Positions 25,798 through 32,000 of a stretch of DNA of 32,000 bases are shown piece after piece; position 1 is the first letter of the stretch; the number at the start of each line of letters is the position of its first letter. A program made the translations under genes and the position numbers. Source of the stretch: Faecalibaculum rodentium. GTDB taxonomy: Bacteria > Bacillota_I > Bacilli_A > Erysipelotrichales > Erysipelotrichaceae. The stretch is from the NCBI RefSeq assembly GCF_001564455.1, contig NZ_CP011391.1:1200001-1232000 (forward strand), given 5' to 3'. The notes beneath the pieces are model-generated. The model saw nothing but the letters and a program-made list of their open reading frames with translations, was not told where the DNA came from and did no database searches.

Positions 25798-25806
25798 TGC
25801 TAAAAT
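25798..25806 (+). promoter_or_regulatory. Extended -10 element (TGcTAAAAT) placed to give a leaderless capA-like mRNA
   Basis: TGCTAAAAT ends 6 nt before the ATG at 25813. There is no Shine-Dalgarno sequence and no good -35. Confidence 0.35.
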
Positions 25807-25812
25807 CGTGAT

Positions 25813-27024
25813 ATGAGCACAAATCGAAAACAGAGAGTCTGGCATACAGCCGGAACCATCCTGCTGTGCCTGGGGCTGGCTGCATGTCAGATTGCAGGGC
25901 CGGGTGTTCCTGCCACAGATGACACCTCTGCCCGCATACAGGCAAATGACCGGACAAGTTCATTTACGTTTACTGGAGTGGGTGACAACCTGCTGCACGA
26001 CACGCTGTTTGTCTACCACGAACAGGATAACGGAAACCGGGACTATTCGGGAATGTACTCGGAGGTTACACCGTATTTTCAGAACTCGGACATTGCATAT
26101 ATCAATTTCGAGACACCCTGTGCCGGGGATGCATTCGGTCTGTCAGGATATCCTTCCTTCAATGGACCACTGGAGATGATCGACACCCTGGCGGGGATGG
26201 GACTGAACTGGTTTTCCACGAGTTCCAATCACTCCATGGATGCCGGTGCAGACGGACTCCTGGCAGAAATGGCATACATCAACGAGAAGTATCCCGGCAT
26301 TTTCTACACCGGCACCTATCCGGATGCAGGCAGCCAGACCATGCCAGCTGTCATGGATGTCAACGGCATCAAAGTCGGTCTGGCAAGCTTCACCTATGGA
26401 CTCAACGGATATACCCTGCCTGAGGACAAGCCATGGCTGGTGAATGTGTTTGTCAAAAATGAAGAAACCGGTGAAGTGGATTATGCACTGATGGACAAAA
26501 TACTGGATCCCCTGACTGCCGCCAGCGATGTGCAAATCGTATCCATGCACTGGGGTGTCGAATACCAGAACCAGCCATCCGACATGCAGAAACAGGTGGC
26601 GGCGTATCTGCACAAAAAAGGCGTAGAGGCCGTCATCGGCTCCCATCCCCATGTGATTCAGCCGGCCGAGCTTCTGGAAAGCGAAGACCAGCAGACACTT
26701 GTCTATTATTCTCTGGGCAACTTCATTTCCGGCCAGGACCAGAACTGCACAATGGTGGGAGGCATGGCGCAGTTCACAATCGACTACGATTTTGACACAA
26801 AAAGAGCCACGATTGTCGATCCGTCCTTTACGCCGACTGTCACCTGGATTTCTCCGGATCTGCGACGATACAACACCCAGCTGTTCCGGGATTATACAGA
26901 TGAGGAAGCTGCCACGCAGTATGTGACGGTGGTTCAGGGCCAGGACTGCAGCAGAGCCTATGTACGGGACTACGTAACACAAGTGATGGGAAAACCCGAG
27001 AACATACAAATCGTTCTTGACTGA
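25813..27024 (+). CDS. CapA/PGA_cap-family metallophosphatase-like lipoprotein
   Basis: Lipobox LGLAAC after a basic n-region. FTFTGVGDNLLHD, DIAYINFETP, SNHSMDAG, VSMHWGVEY and GSHPHVIQP match CapA-family signatures. Confidence 0.78.
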   Translation: MSTNRKQRVWHTAGTILLCLGLAACQIAGPGVPATDDTSARIQANDRTSSFTFTGVGDNLLHDTLFVYHEQDNGNRDYSGMYSEVTPYFQNSDIAYINFETPCAGDAFGLSGYPSFNGPLEMIDTLAGMGLNWFSTSSNHSMDAGADGLLAEMAYINEKYPGIFYTGTYPDAGSQTMPAVMDVNGIKVGLASFTYGLNGYTLPEDKPWLVNVFVKNEETGEVDYALMDKILDPLTAASDVQIVSMHWGVEYQNQPSDMQKQVAAYLHKKGVEAVIGSHPHVIQPAELLESEDQQTLVYYSLGNFISGQDQNCTMVGGMAQFTIDYDFDTKRATIVDPSFTPTVTWISPDLRRYNTQLFRDYTDEEAATQYVTVVQGQDCSRAYVRDYVTQVMGKPENIQIVLD

Positions 27025-27126
27025 CAGGTTCCGGTTCCCTCATCCAGGAATCAGAGCGTATACTGGACATTCTTCAGGATGTACGGATACGGGAACCCTT
27101 TCAAACTCTTCGAAAACAAAAAAAGC

Positions 27127-27155
27127 TTGCGTCATTCGACCATTCACGGTATTAT
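27127..27155 (+). promoter_or_regulatory. Candidate promoter of the tRNA pair
   Basis: TTGCGT, 17-nt spacer, TATTAT, about 20 nt upstream of tRNA-Cys. Confidence 0.5.
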
Positions 27156-27174
27156 AAACAGGCGCAAGCGACAT

Positions 27175-27249
27175 GGTTCCGTAGCCAAGGGGCTAAGGCA
27201 ATAGACTGCAACTCTGTGACCGCCAGTTCGAATCTGGCCGGAACCTCCA
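27175..27249 (+). tRNA. tRNA-Cys (GCA)
   Basis: Acceptor GGTTCCG/CGGAACC, D-arm GCC...GGC, anticodon loop CT-GCA-AC, T-arm GCCAG-TTCGAAT-CTGGC, encoded CCA. Confidence 0.9.
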
Positions 27250-27252
27250 TTT

Positions 27253-27339
27253 GGGGATATGGCGAAATCGGCAGACGCAACGGACTTAAAATCCGTTGAG
27301 AGCAATCTCGTGTGGGTTCAAGTCCCACTGTCCCCACCA
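27253..27339 (+). tRNA. tRNA-Leu (TAA)
   Basis: Acceptor GGGGATA/TGTCCCC, anticodon stem ACGGA/TCCGT with loop CT-TAA-AA, long variable arm, T-arm GTGGG-TTCAAGT-CCCAC, encoded CCA. Confidence 0.9.
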
Positions 27340-27353
27340 ACGGACATAAAAAC

Positions 27354-27379
27354 AGGGACCCTGCGGTCCTCTTTTTTTT
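27354..27379 (+). terminator. Intrinsic terminator after the tRNA pair
   Basis: GGACC-ctgc-GGTCC followed by CTTTTTTTT. Confidence 0.7.
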
Positions 27380-27428
27380 ACCCGGCAGTTTTCTATGCCT
27401 GCAGATGCCGGAAAAGGAGCTGATATAT

Positions 27429-28106
27429 ATGGTTGATTTGATACTCTTCGATCTGGATGGAACATTGACAGATCCGGAAGAAGGCATAACTAATTCCGTA
27501 GTCTATGCCCTGCAGACCTACGGGATCCAGGAGTCCCCTTCCCGCTGCCGCAGATTCATCGGCCCTCCTCTGGGCCCTGAACTGCAGGCTGTCTACGGTG
27601 TAGATCCGGTGGAATCCGTCCTTCGATTCCGGGAATACTTCGAGCAAAAAGGCATTTACGAGAACAAGCTGTACCCCGATACAGTCAGCGTGCTGAAGGC
27701 ACTCAAGGAAGCCGGGAAAACGCTGGTGGTTGCCACATCCAAGCCGCAGGTGTATGCAGAAAGGATCCTGGATCATTTTGATCTCCGACAGTACATTGAC
27801 GGTGTATTCGGAGCCACACTGGATGAATCAAAAGTCCTGAAATCGGAAATCATTGCGGATGCCCTGGCAGCATTCGATCAAAGACCCGTCGTCATGGTCG
27901 GGGACAGGCTGCACGATATCCATGGAGCGGCTGAAAACGGAATACCATCTGTTGGACTGCTGTCAGGCTTCGGTTCCCGTCAGGAACTGGAATCAGCTGG
28001 AGCAGACTATATCAGATCAAGTCTCACGGACGCGCTTGACCTGCTGCTGACTGTCCCGGAACCGCAGCGGGCGCCAGAAGACGGGTTAAACCGCAGTCGG
28101 AAATAG
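27429..28106 (+). CDS. HAD-superfamily hydrolase, subfamily IA (phosphoglycolate-phosphatase-like)
   Basis: 225 aa from MVDLILFDLDGTLTD (DxDGT motif I), ...VATSK (motif II), ...MVGDRLHDI (motif IV). RBS AAAGGAG. The ORF-track start at 27312 runs through tRNA-Leu. Confidence 0.85.
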   Translation: MVDLILFDLDGTLTDPEEGITNSVVYALQTYGIQESPSRCRRFIGPPLGPELQAVYGVDPVESVLRFREYFEQKGIYENKLYPDTVSVLKALKEAGKTLVVATSKPQVYAERILDHFDLRQYIDGVFGATLDESKVLKSEIIADALAAFDQRPVVMVGDRLHDIHGAAENGIPSVGLLSGFGSRQELESAGADYIRSSLTDALDLLLTVPEPQRAPEDGLNRSRK

Positions 28107-28140
28107 TGAAAGACCAGTCAACAGAGTCAGGAAACATCAT

Positions 28141-28182
28141 GGAGCCGGAACTGCATCAGTGCATTTCCGGCTCCTTTTGTTG
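28141..28182 (+). terminator. Intrinsic terminator of the HAD gene
   Basis: 10-bp perfect stem GGAGCCGGAA / TTCCGGCTCC followed by TTTTGTTG. Confidence 0.8.
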
Positions 28183-28344
28183 TGGCGGTGCGGTCAATCA
28201 GTTCCTGTCGCAAACCGGCTTGTGCGGATGTGTCCGCTGCAGCTTCCAATACGATTGTCTGTTCTCATGCTGCTGCCTTAGCCATTCATCGGTCTCTGTT
28301 GCTTCCCGCCTGCATCTGTACTATATACCAGGATTTGACGAAAA

Positions 28345-28372
28345 TAAAAAACTGGCAAGAACAGCCAGTTTT
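28345..28372. terminator. Bidirectional terminator (serves the BI-1 family gene on the minus strand)
   Basis: AAAAAA-CTGGC-aagaaca-GCCAG-TTTT, directly after the stop at 28382. Confidence 0.65.
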
Positions 28373-28381
28373 CCGGAATAA

Positions 28382-29074
28382 TCAGTTGTTGCTGGAACGG
28401 CTTCCAAGCAGCCGAAGGATGTACAGGAAGATATTGATGAAATCCAGGTACAGCTCCAGTGCCATGAAAATCGACAGCTTTCCCTCCATCATGGTACCTT
28501 CGGCCTGTTCCAGCATCACAGGCAGACGCTGGATATCCCAGGCTGTCAGTCCGGTGAAAATCAGCAGACCGACAATGCTCATCAGCCGCACCATCATGGG
28601 AACGTGAAACAGGATCAGCAGAAGCTGGGTGATCACCAGCGCAATGAGGCCGCCGATGCAGATCGTCCCGATCCGTGTCAGATCCATCTTCGTGGTATAG
28701 CCAATGGCAACCAGACACAGGAAATACACCGCGCTGACCACGAAAGCCAAGGCAATGGTTCCCAGGTCATAGACATAGGCCAGACTTGTCAGGGAGACCC
28801 CCATGGTCGCTGCATAAATCACGTACAGGACCTTCATGGTGGACTCCTTCATGCGGTAGATCCCGGCAGTGATGGAAATTGTGAGCACGATCTGTGCAAG
28901 CGCAAGGATCAGGCTGAGCATGGGCACGTTGTAGAGCATGTTCAGGAACGTTCCACTGGAGTAAAGCACAGCGGAGACCGCTCCCGTGATCACCAGACCG
29001 CCGGCCATCCAGCCGAAGCTGTTCAGCACGGCCTTGCGGATGCGGTCAGGTGAATATACAGAATAGAGATTCAT
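28382..29074 (-). CDS. Bax inhibitor-1/YccA family membrane protein
   Basis: 230 aa with 7 TM segments and the characteristic C-terminus ...GLTAWDIQRL...ALELYLDFINIFLYILRLLG. Confidence 0.85.
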   Translation of the reverse strand: MNLYSVYSPDRIRKAVLNSFGWMAGGLVITGAVSAVLYSSGTFLNMLYNVPMLSLILALAQIVLTISITAGIYRMKESTMKVLYVIYAATMGVSLTSLAYVYDLGTIALAFVVSAVYFLCLVAIGYTTKMDLTRIGTICIGGLIALVITQLLLILFHVPMMVRLMSIVGLLIFTGLTAWDIQRLPVMLEQAEGTMMEGKLSIFMALELYLDFINIFLYILRLLGSRSSNN

Positions 29075-29102
29075 GAGTCAAATTTCTTTCTAAGTCCGTT
29101 TG

Positions 29103-30800
29103 TTATTCTTCTGTGATGAAGGACAGCAGCTGGGCAGCTGCATCATTGATTCCATCACGGTTTTCCTTGTCGAACCCAAGGTGCGTATAGATTTCCCCCA
29201 GGTACGTTCCGTTTTCCTTGAGGGCTGTGAACACTTCATCGATGATCGGTTCACAGAGTTCCTGCTTCTGCATGGGGCCAAACGGATTCGCAAAATAGGT
29301 GGTGGAGATCCCGACCTCCTGCGTGGTTCCCAGCGCCATGCGCTTGCCCATTTTGCAGGTTTCCTTGGCTTCTTCCACAGACAGCTCGTTCATGCCCAGC
29401 TTGTCTGTGTAGTTGTTCGCATAGCAGAACAGATCGATCGGATGATTGTGCACAACGACCCGATAGGGAGCGGCCGGGGACACCATCCGGGCATTTTTGT
29501 TTTCCGGACCCATGAAAATGGAACGGTCCATATCCCGGTAGGCTGTACCCGGATCCAGGTCATCCAGGCGGACAAAAGCGCCGATTTCAGTGCCCTGTCC
29601 ATAGGGAACGCCGTTTTCCAGGTGGATGGTCCCCATATCATCGAACACGACCTCGATATCTTTGATCTTGTCCTTCCCCGCGGCTTTGAGCGCCTCGATG
29701 GACTCGGATTTTCCGGCACCGGAGTCACCCATGAGCATGATGCCTTTCTTGCGGCCGTCCTTCAGGGTGATGTTGACAAACGCTCCGTGGATCGGCAGCC
29801 AGCCTTTTTCCATCATTGCCAGGTTGTGCAGAGTCAGGGACATTTTCTTCAGATAGCCAAAGTATTCGATTCTCGGGTGGTCCGAAATGCAGCCAACCCA
29901 GATGTTGTTGTCTGTGTCGTGATAAAACTCCGTGGCGTTCTTTCCGTCTTCGTTGCCGAAAATCACCACGAGATCCGGCTTGCCGGTGGTCTCTTCTTTG
30001 GTTGCAATTTCAAACAGATTGGCCAGGGACAGAGCACTGGCGGTGTACTTGGCATTGAAATAGACATAGCACAGCAGACTGCCCACCTTCATGGGGAAGC
30101 AGAACCACTCTTCCGGGTCCATGTTCAGGTAAGTCATGGGGTTGACATCTGTTTCCGTGAACATGCCTGTCCGCTTGCTGGATTTCGGGTGAAGGATCAT
30201 CGGAGTCCGCAGCATGACGGTATCGATCACCGGAATCTTTGCCAGCGCTTCGTAGCCTTCAGCAAACGGCTCTTCCTGATGATGCACAGAGAAGCAGGCA
30301 TTGGTGCCGGCCTGCACCTGACGGTATACCAGATTCGGCCGTCCCTTGAGCTTTTCCTCAAACAGACGGTAGGTTCTCAGAATCAGGTCATTGAGGTGGG
30401 AATCCTTGTAAACCAGGGTGTTGATTCCGAAATCCGGCGCGTTGTCGGATGTCATGTATCCGAATCTCTGGAGGCTCCGCCATTCGTGATACGCTTTCTC
30501 GATGATATCCAGCATGAGTTCGATGTTTTCCAGATAGGGACTTTCAATTTCGTCCAGCTGGAAGACAGCCAGTTCACGCAGGAAATGAACAACTTTTTTT
30601 GCACTTTCCGCGACAGAGTATTTTCCCTGCTGCCGCAGGTAATCGTACATCTCCGGGCTGCTTTCCTTCTGCTGTCCGATAAAGTAGGTCACAAACTTCA
30701 GGAACGCCGGAGATGCCAGCAGGGTCTCCCTGTTTTTGGGGTAGGACTGGGAATAGTTCAGAAGAACCTGCCGGTTGCCGATGTGGATGTTTTTGTTCAT
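29103..30800 (-). CDS. Uncharacterised 565-aa protein with an HPr-kinase/PEP-carboxykinase-like P-loop core
   Basis: LPIHGAFVNI...GIMLMGDSGAGKSESIEAL...VVFDDMG parallels the HprK C-terminal domain (HG.l....G.GvLitG.SG.GKSE.aleL...LVaDD). About 330 aa of N-terminal sequence has no motif I recognise. RBS GGAAGGAG. It ends 28 nt before the BI-1 gene start. Confidence 0.55.
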   Translation of the reverse strand: MNKNIHIGNRQVLLNYSQSYPKNRETLLASPAFLKFVTYFIGQQKESSPEMYDYLRQQGKYSVAESAKKVVHFLRELAVFQLDEIESPYLENIELMLDIIEKAYHEWRSLQRFGYMTSDNAPDFGINTLVYKDSHLNDLILRTYRLFEEKLKGRPNLVYRQVQAGTNACFSVHHQEEPFAEGYEALAKIPVIDTVMLRTPMILHPKSSKRTGMFTETDVNPMTYLNMDPEEWFCFPMKVGSLLCYVYFNAKYTASALSLANLFEIATKEETTGKPDLVVIFGNEDGKNATEFYHDTDNNIWVGCISDHPRIEYFGYLKKMSLTLHNLAMMEKGWLPIHGAFVNITLKDGRKKGIMLMGDSGAGKSESIEALKAAGKDKIKDIEVVFDDMGTIHLENGVPYGQGTEIGAFVRLDDLDPGTAYRDMDRSIFMGPENKNARMVSPAAPYRVVVHNHPIDLFCYANNYTDKLGMNELSVEEAKETCKMGKRMALGTTQEVGISTTYFANPFGPMQKQELCEPIIDEVFTALKENGTYLGEIYTHLGFDKENRDGINDAAAQLLSFITEE

Positions 30801-30914
30801 GGGAATGCTCCTTCCTTGGATTGTCTAAGCCAGCCTCCGGCTCAAAGAGACTGGAGTTGTCTGAAACAAACTATACTCTAGCATATGAACAGGTGTATTT
30901 CAACGAAATACATA

Positions 30915-32000
30915 TCAGCCAATCAGGCTCAATATGCGTTCTTTGACCATATCCACGGGGATTTCTTCCCTGACACCGCTTTCACGCTCGGTCCATTCGA
31001 CCATGCCGCTGTCGATGCCTCTGCCGACTGTGACACGGTATGGAATGCCTATGAGTTCCATGTCCTTGAATTTGACACCCGCACGCTCCGGACGGTCATC
31101 CAGGACCACCTGCACACCGGCAGCTTTCAGGTCTTCATACAGCTTCAGCGCAGCCTTTGCCTGAGTCTCGTTTTTCATGGAAACAGGCACTATGGCAATC
31201 TGGAAAGGGGCAATTTCCAGGGGCCAGATAAGACCCGCTTCATCATGATGCTGGTCGGCGACTGCCGCCATGCAGCGTTCCAGCCCGATACCGTAGCTGC
31301 CCATCCAGACAGGCTGCAGCTGGTTGTTCTCGTCCAGATACTTCAGATCCATGCTTTCCGCATACTTGGTTCCGAGCTTGAACAGGTTTCCCACTTCGAT
31401 GCCGTGCTCGAATGCCAGCGGTTCTCCACAGTTCGGGCAGATGTCCCCTTCTCTGACCTGTGAAATATCCGCAACTTTCCAGGGTTCGAAGTCAGTAACA
31501 TTCACATTCAGGAAATGGTGATCCGTCTCGTTGGCGCCGACGATGAAGTTTTTCTTTTTCAGCACCTGACGGTCCAGGATCACGGGAATATCCAGTCCGA
31601 CAGGCCCGGCAAACCCGACAGCCGCCTTCGTAGCTTCCTGCACCTGTTCTGGTGTCGCCAGAGTGAGTTCCAGTGCCCCCAGCAGCTTGCCTGCCTTGGT
31701 TTCATTCAGTTCGCGGTCCCCGGGCAGACAGAAGGCATAAAGCTTGCCGTCGGCATCATAGATCAGCGTTTTGACAAAATCAGACGGCTCCCGTTCCAGG
31801 AATGCCGAAATTTCCTCGATGGTACCGGCATTGGGCGTATGGCGCTTTTCCATCTCCAGGGGGTCGGATGCATCCATTGCAGCTGTGTCCGGCACCTCGG
31901 TGATTTCCAGGTTAGAACTGAAGCCGCAGGACGGACAGTGGACCACCGTGTCCTCGCCAATGGAAGACAGCGCCTGGTATTCTTCGGACAGCAGTCCGCC
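30915..32000 (-). CDS. proS: Prolyl-tRNA synthetase, bacterial type. Only the C-terminal part is here; the 5' end lies beyond the window.
   Basis: The frame is open to position 32000 (...GGLLSEEYQALSSIGEDTVVHCPSCGFSSNLE...). Class II motif 3 region ...WMGSYGIGLERCMAAV and the anticodon-binding domain ...PFQIAIVPV... are present. The M at 31946 in the track is an internal GTG. Confidence 0.9.
   Translation of the reverse strand, partial: GGLLSEEYQALSSIGEDTVVHCPSCGFSSNLEITEVPDTAAMDASDPLEMEKRHTPNAGTIEEISAFLEREPSDFVKTLIYDADGKLYAFCLPGDRELNETKAGKLLGALELTLATPEQVQEATKAAVGFAGPVGLDIPVILDRQVLKKKNFIVGANETDHHFLNVNVTDFEPWKVADISQVREGDICPNCGEPLAFEHGIEVGNLFKLGTKYAESMDLKYLDENNQLQPVWMGSYGIGLERCMAAVADQHHDEAGLIWPLEIAPFQIAIVPVSMKNETQAKAALKLYEDLKAAGVQVVLDDRPERAGVKFKDMELIGIPYRVTVGRGIDSGMVEWTERESGVREEIPVDMVKERILSLIG

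Noticed and set aside
4735-27428. N-terminal extensions in the ORF track: rpmB 4735, rsgA 9813, rlmN 13208, EIIA 15187, the 284-aa ORF 19716, TrmH 20476, AI-2E 20338 and HAD 27312
   Set aside because: In each case an internal ATG with a good Shine-Dalgarno sequence gives the family-typical N-terminus. The extension would overlap the upstream gene, a terminator or a tRNA.
27152-27487. A 111-aa minus-strand ORF across 27152-27487
   Set aside because: It covers both tRNA genes and their terminator on the opposite strand, so it is an artefact of the ORF caller.
28299-28372. A promoter-like TTGCTT-17-TATATA followed about 25 nt later by the bidirectional terminator, considered as a possible tiny sRNA
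   Set aside because: The transcript would be only about 40-45 nt with no structure other than the terminator. There is no supporting conservation, so it is probably a chance match in AT-richer intergenic DNA.
28106-28381. A Cys-rich 91-aa ORF (SGSFCCGG...CGCVRCSF...FSCCCLSH) in the gap between the HAD gene and the BI-1 gene, considered as a possible RiPP or bacteriocin precursor
   Set aside because: It has no RBS and its start overlaps the HAD stop region. It reads straight through the strong HAD terminator hairpin (28141-28182). The Cys codons come from TGC/GCA-rich stem sequence.
29100-30881. A 593-aa plus-strand ORF almost coextensive with the 565-aa minus-strand gene
   Set aside because: The minus-strand product has a clean Walker A/HprK-like core, a strong RBS and ordinary composition. 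The plus-strand product has neither an RBS nor motifs, so I treat it as a shadow ORF.

Overview
This is a chromosomal segment of about 55% GC with Bacillota-type gene order. Most of it is housekeeping backbone. On the minus strand: mraY-murD plus a UppP-like gene, then the conserved block priA ... rsmB-rlmN-stp-prkC-rsgA-rpe-thiN, then proS (partial). On the plus strand: rpmB, an AI-2E permease, a metal-exporter-like membrane protein, a CapA-like lipoprotein, tRNA-Cys and tRNA-Leu, and a HAD phosphatase.

Four things stand out against this backbone:
1. Two copies of a bacterial class C (IIC) group II intron, 99.45% identical. The complete copy sits 10 nt behind an intrinsic terminator.
2. A fructose-family PTS locus between rsmB and rlmN that carries several independent inactivating lesions.
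3. Three orphan genes with recognisable but atypical catalytic motifs: a UppP paralogue missing its Glu/Arg residues, a membrane-anchored His...Cys papain-like domain, and a 565-aa protein with an HPr-kinase-like P-loop.
4. A TrmH-family gene and a 284-aa unknown gene translationally coupled to priA.

I found no CRISPR array, toxin-antitoxin pair or recognisable multi-gene defence system. The only reverse transcriptase is the intron maturase. All family assignments come from motif reading by eye and need HMM or BLAST confirmation.
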